Below are positions 35,772 through 47,561 of a DNA stretch of 64,000 nt, one piece after another. The translations under genes were made by a program, and so were the position numbers. A model generated the notes under the pieces. That model did no database searches. It was not told where the DNA came from and saw only the letters and a list, made by a program, of their open reading frames with translations. Source of the stretch: Azolla caroliniana (Eukaryota > Plantae > Polypodiophyta); the NCBI GenBank assembly GCA_043228905.1, contig JBHGNT010000005.1:20336001-20400000 (forward strand), in the 5' to 3' direction. The first letter of the stretch is position 1, and the number at the start of each line of letters is the position of its first letter.

Positions 35772-38700
35772 TGTTGGATATATAATCAATGATCAGCCCC
35801 AAGTTGTAAATCTATCCCCATATGTGCTCTTAGAGTGCACATTTTGTGATAGCGCCCCAAATGAGGAGCGGCTATTGTGCAACTCGACCATATGGGGCGA
35901 TATGGTGTTAATCTAGGAAACTGTAAATGCGTAGGACACAATGGTAGGAAAGAGCAAAACAGGTAATAGGATTGGCTAATCAAGTCAACTAGAATATTTT
36001 GTGGGCAAGTTACAATGTACTTAGTGTTGAAGTATGTGCCATTGAATTCAAGATAAATATTATCTAGCACTAGCCTGTATCTAGGGAGTCGGGTCATATT
36101 AAATGACAAGTTAGTTGACAAAAAAGGAATATCTCCACTACTATCAACTGACATGCACATTTAATGTTACACTCAGACCAAATAGAGAATATAATCCACT
36201 CTCTTACACAGTGGTGTATTGATCATGGGTCCCCACTAATTTTGTAGTGAGTTGGTCCAGATCCCATCTAAGCTCTAAGGTGTGAGCGCATGGGTGAACT
36301 ACCATTGTGAGCTACTATCATATGTAATAGAAGTTTTGTTTTCATATATCCATCTCTATGGTTGTAACTCTATATACCTATCCAATTGATTCTCAATATT
36401 TCTAATATGGTATTAGAGCTGAGAGGTTGATCTAGATTAGGTATATACGGGTAGTTGCTATCTAGCAGCACAAAAAGAAAGAAAGAAAGAAATAGAGAGA
36501 GTATCAATGGCCTTGTCCACGAATGTTGCGGCTGCTCCACTACGCATTCGTCCACCTCCATTGTCTGATGGAAAGCTAGATGGAACCAACTACACTCTAT
36601 GGAAGTTCAAAATGTCTGCCATTTTGGACTCCTACGAGTTGTTGGAGACAATCATGGGACCCACAGGAGGAGACCCTGAACCAATGGTGACCTTTGACCC
36701 TGCACACCCTACCACATCAATCCCTCCAAATGTTGATCTACTTCGAGCTTGGAAGAGAAGGAATGTTGATGCGTTGTGTACCATAGTCATTGGTGTATGT
36801 GACTCTATACTAACATTAATGCAACATACAACCATGGCACATGAAGCTTGGAGCATATTGGCCAGCCAGTATGAAACCAAAAACTATACAAGGATACAAA
36901 ACCTCGAAAATCAGCTTGCTGTAGAGAAGCTCGTTGATGGAGAGAAAGTAGAATCCTTTGTAAAATGGATTAAGGATATTCAAGATCAGCTAGCAGTTGT
37001 TGGAGTAGTTGTCTCTCCAGAGGATATGGCTCGTCGGTGCATTCGAGTACTTCCTTCCAAGTATGATGGCATTGTGACAACATTGAACACTCAGGTTCGA
37101 CCCACTCCTTTAAAATTTGATGAACTAAGTGCAATGCTGCTTGAAGAGGAGCTTCGGCCGAAGACAAGAGCAGGAAGGGAAGATTCGGCAATTGTCTCTA
37201 GGACCAAGGGTAAAGGGGCATCCAATTCAAACAATGCGAATAGGATACCAAAGAAGAAGAAGTTCAATGGATCGTGTTTCTAATATGACAAGAAGGGTCA
37301 CACAATCAAGGATTGTCGGAAGAAGATGGCGGATGAGAAGAATGGTTCTAGTAAGACTTCTTGGAGAGAGCCCGAGTCCGCCAACAATGTCGTAGATGAG
37401 CTTGAGTTATGGATCACAATTGAAGAAGTTTGTTCTTCAGTTGACACTCAAGTTGTCGACGGCTCTTGGATTCTCAATAGTGGAGCATCTCGACATATGA
37501 CCAGCAATCATGACTAGTACAACTCTTGGACACCTCTACAAGAGGCCATCAATGTTGTGGTCGGGAACAATGCTCGATGTCCTGCCAAAGGAACCGGAAC
37601 CGTCTCCCTCAAAGCAATGACCGGCGGGACAAAGCATCTCTCTCAAGTGTTGTACGTGCCAAATCTCAATTATTCAGGCAAGAAACCTTTAGTGCTGCAC
37701 TTCAGAACCTTTGGGTGTACGTGTTACGCACATGTTTCAGATGTGAGCAGAAAGAAGTTGGATGCTAAAGGCAAGAAGTGTATCTTTCTCGGATATAGTG
37801 AAGAGTCAAAGGCCTATCGACTCTACGATCTAGAGGCAAGAAAGATATTGACAAGCCGCGATGTGGTGTTCAATGAGGAATGACCACAACTAACTGAGAA
37901 CATCGATTCTCAAGTTATCTCATCAACCGAAGAGGTATTCCCCCCAATCCCGACCCACTGTCTAGAAAAGGAAGCTGAACCATCTGATGGTAATGGCTCG
38001 CTAGTTCAGCCTATGCTAGTGCCACATGTAAAGAAAATACCTAAGTGGGCTCAACAACTCTTCAATGACCGTACTCCTAAAGTTGAGTTTCCTGAAACTT
38101 CAACTAATGGATTACGAAGATCAAGAAGAATACATGAGCAAGGGAGAACCTCTGACCACGTTGTCAACATGGCTCTAATGGTGGACATCATAGGCTCAGT
38201 GAGTGAGCTGACCTCAGTGGAGGAAGCCATGGCCGACCCGAAGTGGAAAGAGGCGATGATATCAGAATACGATAGCATCATGAAAAATGACACGTGGGAG
38301 TTGGTAGAGTGGCAAACAAAGAGGAAGGTGATAGGCACCAAGTGGGTGTGGAAAGTAAAGTATAAAGCTGATGGTTCTGTGGAGAAATTTAAGGTCAGGC
38401 TAGTAGCGCAAGGATACTCCCAAATTGAAGGGTTCGATGTACAAGAAACATTTGCCCCGACAGCTCGCATGACAACAATTTGAATGGTCATAGCGTTAGC
38501 TGCTTCAAGAGGATGGCCAATTTATCAAATGGATGTCAAATCAGCATTTCTGAATGGGCATATCAAGGAGGAGGTATGCGTGACACAACCACCAGATTTT
38601 GAGATGCCGAATTTGTTACCCGGCCGGCAAAGGAGCTAAGGACGCCAAGACCAGGGTGTGAAAAGGGGAATTGTTATTTGGGAATCTGTTGTAATTACTA

Positions 38701-39612
38701 GTCTTAATATATTAATATATGAGAAGATGTGGACAGACGAACCGGAATCGATATGCCGATTCGGATCCGGACCGATCCCGAATAGGTGCCGGTTGGCACC
38801 GTTTTGTACTTCGCACCGGTGACCTATATAAAGGCCCGGTTACAATGTAGTCATCAACGAAGAGTAATATAAACCTTTTGTTTAATCATTGAGTATTGTT
38901 CACCGTTCTGTGCTTATTGTATATCTTACGCGTGTTAATGACATATTACTAAGTAACCGATTAAGGTCCAATTAAGCGTTGTGTCGTAAGTTATCTCGCC
39001 GTAACACCCTTTGGTGAAGTGTCTTAAGTGAACACCCTGTGTTAGGCTGTTATCTGGCCCTGAACACCCTGTGTTAGGCTGTTATCTGGCCCTAAGGATT
39101 AACAGAATTCAGAAAACAAAGTTTGCAAGCTGAAGAAGGCATTGTATGGTCTAAAGCAAGCACCGAGAGCTTGCAACAAGAGGATAGACAGCTTCTTACA
39201 ATCAATCGACTTTAAGCAATGTGCTTCAGATGCAAGTATGTATGTCAAAATGAAGGACAGGAAACAAGTCATCATCATCATTTACGAGGATGATCTAGTA
39301 CTTACTGGTGACCATGAAGAGTGTATTGGCCAAACACAAGAGTGTTTGAAATGATAGACTTGGGGATTTTACACTACTTCCTTGGAATTGAGGTTTGGCA
39401 AACCTCGGTTGGCATCTTCATGTCACAAAGGAAGTACGCAATAGAGATCTTGAAGACCTTTGGGATGATGGATAGCAAGTCGAAGTCGACTCCAATGGAA
39501 TCAAACTGCAAGCTATCCCAAGAAGACCTGTCACCAATGGTTGACATAAGGAAGTATAGACAACTATTAGGAAGTCTAATTTTCCTATGCAACACTAGGC
39601 CAGATATTTATT
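35772..39612 (+). mobile_element. Ty1/Copia element C: 5' LTR 35772-36407, PBS, gag, PR, internally deleted integrase and 3'-truncated RT
   Basis: PBS TGGTATTAGAGC at 36408-36419. Gag KLDGTNYTLWKFKM, protease WILNSGASRHM, a jump from YVPNL to YSGKKP near 37668 (integrase core lost) and SH3 KCIFLGYSEESKAYRL. RT motifs KVRLVAQGYSQIEG, QMDVKSAFLNG, LYGLKQAPR and YEDD, ending at TRPDI. Confidence 0.93.
38614..39104 (+). mobile_element. 491-bp solo LTR inserted in the Copia C RT, TSD GAATT
   Basis: TGTTA...TAACA ends with gaatt at 38609-38613 and 39105-39109. Removal restores FEMPNSENKVCKLKK. TATA box cctatataaa and an internal tandem duplication of about 32 bp. Confidence 0.9.
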
Positions 39613-39989
39613 GATTGAAGAAGCATGGGCTTTTTTATTTTCTTTGGCACTCATCGCAGTAGCGAACTAGTATTTCATATGGTATGGTTATGGGCTTTGG
39701 CCTTGCAACAACATTACTTAGGGAGAATTTCAGAGATTGTAGATTTCATGTTTATGAACCAACTTTGGTAAGATGCAGGAAATTTGAGGGAATTCTGGTA
39801 CAAAAGTTGTAATGGACCCTTGTGGTGGTTGTTGTTATGGCTGCAATGGAAGTTTAGGCAGAGAGAGTATTATTTGGAGAGGAAGGTGCAATACACTATT
39901 GTACTTTGATCGACAATATCTCCAGTTTATGTCACAAAACTTCTAGTACATAGGCCTATTTCAGGAGGACTTATGAAAGTTGGAAATGG

Positions 39990-40480
39990 AACTCTCACGA
40001 TCATTTTTGTCAGATTGTTGAAGCACGAGATGTGTTCGAGCACCTTCTAACTACAAATGTGGTCTCATGGAATGCAATTATAACAGGGCATACAAAACAT
40101 GGATGTTGGTTGATATGATTTTGATGTGGAAAATGAAGCATACTCCTTGATCTTTTCATAATGATGAGTAATTGTGGATTATCTTCCCTATTATGGCATC
40201 CATAGACAAAGATATCGAACAGAGAGGGCAATGGAAATGCTCTTAAAGATTCACAGGCAAACGATAGGCCCAATTCCTATTTGCAAGACAATCTTTTGAA
40301 TAGGTTCACAACATGTGGCACTTTGGTTGAAGGAAAACGAGGTTTGTGTAACCATGCCTATGATAGACGTTTCACTATGGAATGCATCGATCACATGCTA
40401 GGCAAACAAGGGTAATAGCTTTGTGCCGTGAAGTTATTGCCAAAAATGTTGGGTGAGAAGGTGAAAGGAATCTTAGAATG
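39990..40480 (+). pseudogene. Decayed PLS-class PPR gene fragment
   Basis: QIVEARDVFEHLLTTNVVSWNAIITGHTKHG at 40011-40103, a typical PPR motif, and further broken DVSLWNA-like motifs at about 40300-40460. Confidence 0.65.
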
Positions 40481-40614
40481 CATTATTTGTGGTTTTCATA
40501 GGTCATCATGGCTAAAGCCATTGTAATGTTTTAGCTTAATAATTTCCTCATGTATGCAGAATTCTACTAATGAAGAATATTTGTTTTGGAAAAAAAATAA
40601 ATCTTTTGTATTAC

Positions 40615-40690
40615 AATGCATGGTTTAATGGTAAGGGTTCAACCCATGTAACACAAGGTCATGGGTTTGAATCTTTTTGGAGCCATATCA
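40615..40690 (+). other. tRNA-derived (SINE-head-like) sequence with pol III A/B boxes
   Basis: A box TGGTTTAATGG at 40621 and B-box-like GGTTTGAATCT at 40664, at tRNA-like spacing. No cloverleaf could be built. Confidence 0.45.
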
Positions 40691-42682
40691 TGACAACATG
40701 TGTTCAAATTCACAACCATGGATATCTATTGTTTAATATTTCATTAAGAACACGTGTTTAACACATGGGAGGACAACAATTAAGGCTTCATGGTGACAAT
40801 TACTAAACAGATGTGTTTCACTTAAGGTTCCTGGCTCTTTGTGCGTTCAACACTTGGTTGTCTCATGGCAAGAAGCACTCTTGTTATGTGTATGGAAACT
40901 ATCATCTAATAGAGAGCATTGTAATTCTTTGAGAAAGAGTTACTTGTGTCTTATTAGTTATTATGTTGGCCTTGAAAGGGGAGATTGCACTCTTAGTTTA
41001 ATCATTTGTTTCGTTTGGGGGTCAAAGAGGTGGGAGATATAGTTGAGGCTCCATCTCAAAGAATTTTAGAGTTTGTTGAAGCGTGATAATTATTATGGGT
41101 TTATTTGGCAACAACTACAAAATATTGCACTGATGCAAGGTCCTTTACCTTTACAAACAAGAGAACACCGTAGACTGATTGATTGATTGGTGTTTACAGG
41201 GTCAAACGTCGTTTTTACAAGTGACTACTAATATTTTATATCATTGCTCCATCAAGTCTCTTGGATGGCTATCATCTAAGGCTGAAGAATAATGGAAAAT
41301 ACACAAATTTGATAATGGGTGGTGGTAGATCTTAAAATGTCATTAAATTCTAAATTGCCACTTGTACCGAAGGTCTTCATTTAGAGAGTTTTGATTGGGG
41401 GTTTGCCTTTGGGATTAGCTCTAAAGCGTCGTGGACTAGCAACTGGCACATGCTTCTTTTGCACAATTCAAATGGAAGATAGTGCTCATCGTTTTATACA
41501 ATGTCCAATTGCTTGCTAGATTTGGAGTTACATTTCTCAAATTTGGCAAGTTTGATCACAATGTTATTTGACGCCTAAACATTGGGTGTTTGCCCAATTT
41601 ACCCAGGTTAACCCAAAATCAAAGATAGTGATTATTTTCCTATTTCTAAGGTATTGGGGATTGTGTCATAATTGGGATATGTATGCAGAATGCTTTTGTA
41701 TTTGATGGTAGGCATGGAGTGAAAGCATATCTGCGAAAGTTAACAGAGAGTACCAATGTTGCCTTTTGACGGCTAACATTGCCTGTCATGAGAACGATAT
41801 TCCAAAAAATTTGCCTGTCAAATGACGGTTTGTCAAAAAAATTGCCCTTCAAAAAGTAAATACATCGAATATTCGTACTAAACAATATATTATACCCTTC
41901 TATCCTTTGCATCTTTCCAAATTTCATATACACAAGGGAAAAGTATCAGGATACCCCTGGAAGTTCGCCTATTTACCAGAATGCCCCTAGAAGTTCTAAA
42001 TTTACCAAACTACCCCTATGTCCAAAAAAATACACTTTATAAAGTAATTATACACTCAAATATACAAGCCCTATTTACCATAATACCCTTCAAACATAAA
42101 TTTCTTTACTTAAACAACAATGTGCAAATACATTCAGAAAGATCCTACATTAACTATTGTTTTTTGTATCTTCTCATTTTCAATGGCTAAGCCAATACGA
42201 GTCATCAGATCATGACAATGATGGTAGAGATCATTTGAAAAGGTATTATGTGGTCACTAGCTTTGGCACATTTGCTACTATCATGTCTATGTTACATGTT
42301 ACAAATCAGACCACAATAGCCATTAATTGCCATAGAATTTCTTCATAGTCACGAGCATAAGCAATTCCCACAGTTGTTAACCCTGTATCGCTGCTGGGGA
42401 CACCTAAGCTCTCTAGCATTGACGAGCATGGCAAGGTGGCCCAAAGAAAGCATCAAAATCTGGCACAAGAAAGAACGCATGGGATCTCATCTGCTGCGAT
42501 GATTTATTAGGCATACTCAAAGTTATTGGGGCATGACCACATCCATAGCTCAACAGAGTAAGAAACCCCCTCTTGTCTCCTTCATTCATTCATTCATTCT
42601 TCATTGATTTGATTAATCCATCCTGTCTCCAGGCACGTACGCCATACATTCAAAATCGAGGGGCGGGGCAGGATCAGTGACC

Positions 42683-44380
42683 ATGCCATCCCGTCGCCGC
42701 CTGCTGTCGATGGTAATGATGGTCGCCATCGCCATCGCCATGGCCTTCATGGTAAATCCCTCCCTCTGCGCCTACCAGAACGTCACCACCCTCCTCCGAA
42801 ACCATCCTACCTCCAGGTCCTTCAACACCCTGCTCTCCAGCTATGGCGCTGCCTCTACCATCAATAGCTGCACCACAATCATTGTGATTTGCCCCCCCAA
42901 TGCCACCACCGATGCCTTCTTCTCCGCCTCCCGCCTCTCTGACGACTGTCAGACCGTCTTCAACGTCCTAAGCTTCCATGTCCTGCTCGATTACTCTGAT
43001 CCCTCTTCGATGGCTCTGTAATCATCACCACGCTCTTCCAGACCACTGGCCTCTCGGCCGGACTCAACGGCTTCCTCAACTTGACCACCCACCGCTCTAC
43101 ATCTGCCCCTCCCGTATCTTCGCCATTGGCTTCTGTGCTAGGTTCTCTGGAGAGCTTCCCTTTCAACATAAGCATACTCTCCATCTCTGTTGTGCTTACA
43201 CCCACAGGAGCTTCCCTTCCACCACCATCGCCAGTCAATGTCACAGACATCCTTGCTTGATCAGGGGCAGGGAATTTCTCCACCTTTGTCTCGTTGCTAG
43301 TATCATCTGGGGTTGATAAGATCTTCCAATCCCATGATTGACAATCTTCGCACCCACCAATAGTGCATTCGATCGCATGTCTGGATCGATGGCGTATGCC
43401 AGCCTCTCCATGGCATAGAGGGTCTTGCTTCTCGAGTTCCATGGGATTGCTTCGTTTTTCCCCACACAAGAGTTGTTGGGTTCCGCAGGGTCTCAGCCCA
43501 CCCTAGCTACCACATCAGGCAATGCTGATTATAAGCTCTCTTTGACTCGATCGACAAAGATTGGTGTGGTTTCAATCATAACCAATGGCAATGGAAACCC
43601 GGCCCCGATAATGGGAACGTTGTACTCTAGCAATCTCGTGTCGATCTTCTCCATTGATTTGTTACTCCTTCCTGCAAAAATCTTTCTGTCGATTGCAACA
43701 TCGCCATCTCCGTCCATAACATTAGCCCCAGGAGCTAGTGGACTTGTTGTTACTCCTTAGGGCCAGACAATAGCCTAACACAGGGTGTCTACAGAAGAAA
43801 CTTCACCAAAGGGTGTTACGGTGAAACAGAGTTAGACCGACGATTAATCAGACCTTAATCGGTTACTTAAGCAACATATCATTAATCTTAATACACGCAT
43901 AAGATAGAAAGTAATTAGCACAGAACGGTAATCAATACACAGAGATAAGACAATAGAGCTTTATTAATTATCCGTCGTCATTTACAATGTAACCGAGCCT
44001 TTTTATAGATCACCGGCTTTGCATACAAAACGGTGCCAACTGGCATACTAATATGAACTGGTCTGTATCCGGATCGGCATACCGATTCCGGTCCGTCCGT
44101 TCACTTCTCAAAATATACTTAATTACTTAAATCCTAATAACAGCTCCCGATTATTCTTGCCCTTTCACATTCTGGACTATCCTCCACTCCTTGCCGGCTG
44201 GCTAACACTTGCATTGTCTCCGCCTAACTCGAGTCCAGCTATTTTGCAAGTGATGTCTCCGGCATAGGCTTCGGCCCTAACAATGTAAACTCCTAAATTA
44301 TCGAGTCTAACATCATCACCACCAAGTTATTCGCCCCCTGCTCCACCTGCAGACAAACATGGCCTCAATAGTGTTTCACA
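42683..44380 (+). pseudogene. FLA: Fasciclin-like arabinogalactan protein (two FAS1 domains, group C-like) pseudogene inside the Pack-MULE
   Basis: Signal peptide, then FAS1-1 QNVTTLLRNHP...FNTLL...INS...FNVLSFHVLLDY...TTLFQTTG...ELPFNISILSIS. FAS1-2 VNVTDILA...FSTF...LTIFAPTNSAF...LLEFHG...VSIFSIDLLLLP, then an S/P/A-rich AGP tail. Frameshifts near 43018 and 43340, a stop at 43258 and an LTR insertion. No GPI signal seen. Confidence 0.9.
43748..44207 (-). mobile_element. 460-bp solo LTR (same family as 38614-39104) inserted in the FLA AGP tail
   Basis: TGTTA...TAACA ends with TSD cttgt/cttgc. Shares blocks with 38614-39104 in reverse (ggccagacaatagcctaacacagggtgt, acaaaacggtgccaac). Removal restores APGASGLALSPP. 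Confidence 0.88.
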
Positions 44381-44929
44381 AATAAAAGTTGTTGGGGCAA
44401 TTCCATTTTCATCACCTCCTCCCTTTGTCCTAGGCATATAGGCAGAAAATTCTCCTTCTTCTTTAGGGGCAATATTGACAGAAAACGAAATATTTTCTCG
44501 AAATATCTGAGCAATGCATGCAGGGAGGATTAAGTCATTCTCATCATAGCTATTTCTAGTACGGAGAGGAATATGAAACGCTTCAATTTCTTCTCCCTGA
44601 GAACAACCTTGTTTACCATGAAAGGATCTTACCTGATATTACAATTCAGCTTCTCCTCATATAATTCACCATTTACTTCTGCGTTGCGTTTGAAGGGTAT
44701 TATGGTAAACAGGGCTTGTAGATTTGAGTGTATAATTACTTTATAAAGTGTATTTTTTTGGACATAGGGGTAGTTTGGTAAATTTGGAACTTTTAGGGGT
44801 ATTCTGGTAAATAAACGAAATTCCAAGGGTATCTTGGTACTTTTCCCTATACACAATCCCATTATATTTCTTCAATGTGTGGCCCATTCAATGAGACTCG
44901 CATTAAATCATCTAAATGCAAACATGAAG

Positions 44930-45340
44930 TTTTCAAACTACCACCCATGCAGGTGTAGTGTATATTCAGACAATGTATGCTCTTCTATTGTAGGATGTTG
45001 TTTATATGTTGAGTATGGTCTTCAGTACATGCGAAACCAAATGCAAACATGAAGTTTTCAAACTACCACCCAGGGTGGACAACCAAGAGTTTTAGCATAT
45101 GCGGAATCAAGTTAAGCTAACTTTGTCTACAACATGAAGTTTTTAGAGACCATGACAAGGGGCAAAGGAATATGGGTTTCAGACGCTTCTAACTACAAAT
45201 GTGGCCATTTGGAATGCAATCATGATAGAATGGACGTTTCAATGAAGCACTAACTTGTTTTTACATGTTGGAGATTGTTTTCACCTTTATATGTGGTCTC
45301 CTAGCTTGTCGTAACAAAGGTGTTATTGGCAAATGCTGAG
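44930..45340 (+). pseudogene. Very decayed PPR-like fragment
   Basis: cttctaactacaaatgtggccatttggaatgcaatc at 45186 (LLTTNVAIWNAI) shares 19 nt with the PPR fragment at 40044. Confidence 0.4.
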
Positions 45341-45433
45341 AGTTGTATTCATGGATTATAATTATCCTTATCTTGCCAAATGCCAAAGCTTATATTTGGT
45401 CTTGTCTTTCATAATATATACTTGTGGAGATGA

Positions 45434-45483
<50 letters not shown>

Positions 45484-45549
45484 TATTTGTATACTGCCTC
45501 TGGCCTTTTATTAATACCAATGGAGCATATGTTTTATGGAATTTTTTAT

Positions 45550-45830
45550 TATTATCTAAATGTTCTATATTCAATCGATTTCTTTTCATCTCTTTGATGA
45601 GATTTTGCTTAGAGAACCCTCTCTCACACGAAACCGTGCTAGATGGAATAACCAAAGTAGCGTGCCATAATTTCATCAAATGAGGGAAACCAGTCCTTCA
45701 TTTTGCAAAACATACGTCAAGCTTCATGCATAATATAACCTTCACAATTTAAACGTAAAGTGTCAACAAACCTATAGAGTTCCATTTCACAAGCCTTTGC
45801 ATCATGTAAAATTTGAAGACATGCATTGAC
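45550..45830 (-). mobile_element. hAT transposase C-terminal dimerisation-domain fragment
   Basis: FPHLMKLWHATLVIPSSTVSCERGFSKQNLIKEMKRNRLNIEHLD, a typical hAT dimerisation signature. Confidence 0.85.
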
Positions 45831-46635
45831 CTCAATGATCAATTATAACTTGTGTGTGAGAAATGCAAAGTTGTAAAGTTGTGGATGTATTCCATCAATG
45901 ATCAAATATAACTTGTGTGTGAGAGAGAGGGTGGGAAAGAAAGAAAGAACAAAGTACAACTTGATCAAAGCAATGAGCTTGAGAAAGAAAGAATTACAAC
46001 TTGATTAAAGCAAGGGGGAGAGTGAGAGAGAAATCAAGAAAGAAGTAGAAGTGAGTGGAGGGAGAGAGAGAGAGAGAGAGAGAAAGAAAGAAAGAAAATA
46101 TGTTCTAAAGTTAAAAGAACTTCTTTTGTGGCAATTGACAGTGCTAGAGAAGTCACGAAATCTCAACCATGAAGAGAGAGAACTTTGTAAGGTCACATAT
46201 CATCATATTCGCCATTTGAATTGGTGTGTAGGGTGACATTGAGTTTGGAGTCGTCGTAGTCTTTAGATCCCATAGATAGAAGGGGTTCTATACTTTGCAG
46301 TAAGTTAGTCATGGTGATGTTTTTTTTTTCGTAATGAAAGCCATTATTTATGGAGAGAGAGAGAGAGAGAGAAATAAATAAATAAATAAAAGAGCTTAAA
46401 ATAGAAGAAGCCCTAAGTTTATTTTCACACTATGTGCACGTCCGGGCACTTCTTCTCCTTTATCATATCACATAACATATGTTTACACATTTACCCTTCT
46501 CAAATAGAACTATATGCTATAGCCTATGAATTGTAATTTGTAACTATTAACACATGTACTATTGCTTTAGCCTTAGCAAAATTTGACGGTATTAACAAAT
46601 TTTAAACCTTTATTTTTACGTTTTTATAAAATATA

Positions 46636-46953
46636 GGGAAAAGTACCAGGATACCCTTAAAAGTTCGTCTATTTACCAGAATGCCCATGGAAGGTCCAAA
46701 TTTACCAAACTACCCCCTATATCCAAAAAATTACACTTTATAACGTAATTATACACTCAAAACTACAAGCCCTATTTACCAAAGATGGAAGAAATGGACT
46801 CGAACTAGCCCTATTTACCAAAGATTTGAGTGTATAATTACTTTAGAAAGTGTAATTTTTTGGACATATGGGTACGTAGCATGGTAAATTTGGAACTTCC
46901 AAGGGCATTCTAGTAAATAAACGAACTTCCAAGGGTATCCTGGTACTTTTCCC
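46636..46953. mobile_element. 318-bp Mutator-family MITE, same TIR family as the Pack-MULE
   Basis: GGGAAAAGTACCAGGATACCC...GGGTATCCTGGTACTTTTCCC with a perfect 9-bp TSD TAAAATATA at 46627-46635 and 46954-46962. Almost entirely TIR. Confidence 0.95.
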
Positions 46954-47249
46954 TAAAATATATGCTCGTGAAGATTGACGGTTTCATTTTCAGAATAACC
47001 TTCATATACGGTTAAATTTGCCCAAAAAATGGGCGTAGAAAAAGGCAACACTGCCGGAGTAGTACGACCGCAATTTTCTTTGTTAGAGCAAGTGGAATGT
47101 TTTTTTTTTTTGCCTCGGTGGAGTGTTCGTCTTGCCTATTGGCAATTCAATACATATGTTCTGCTACCCATATATATATATGTACATAGAGTGTAGTTAG
47201 CGGGTGACCATACTCCATTATGACACACACCCATTGTAAGTTGTGTTTT

Positions 47250-47333
47250 TCACACACACACACACACACACACACTTATTGATACATATACATAATTACA
47301 TATGTGTTCTCACCAAAAAAATAGAGACTTCTT

Positions 47334-47381
<48 letters not shown>

Positions 47382-47408
47382 TGTGAGAGAGAGAGAGAGA
47401 GAGAGTGG

Positions 47409-47445
<37 letters not shown>

Positions 47446-47474
47446 TGTGTGAGAGAGAGAGAGAGAGAGAGTGG

Positions 47475-47512
<38 letters not shown>

Positions 47513-47515
47513 GTG

Positions 47516-47561
<46 letters not shown>

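Larger units (their letters stand above)
41936..44847. mobile_element. Pack-MULE (non-autonomous Mutator-like element) with captured host gene sequence
   Basis: TIRs of about 160 bp at 41936-42095 and 44688-44847 (GGGAAAAGTA...TACTTTTCCC). Perfect 9-bp TSD TATACACAA at 41927-41935 and 44848-44856. No transposase inside. Confidence 0.95.
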
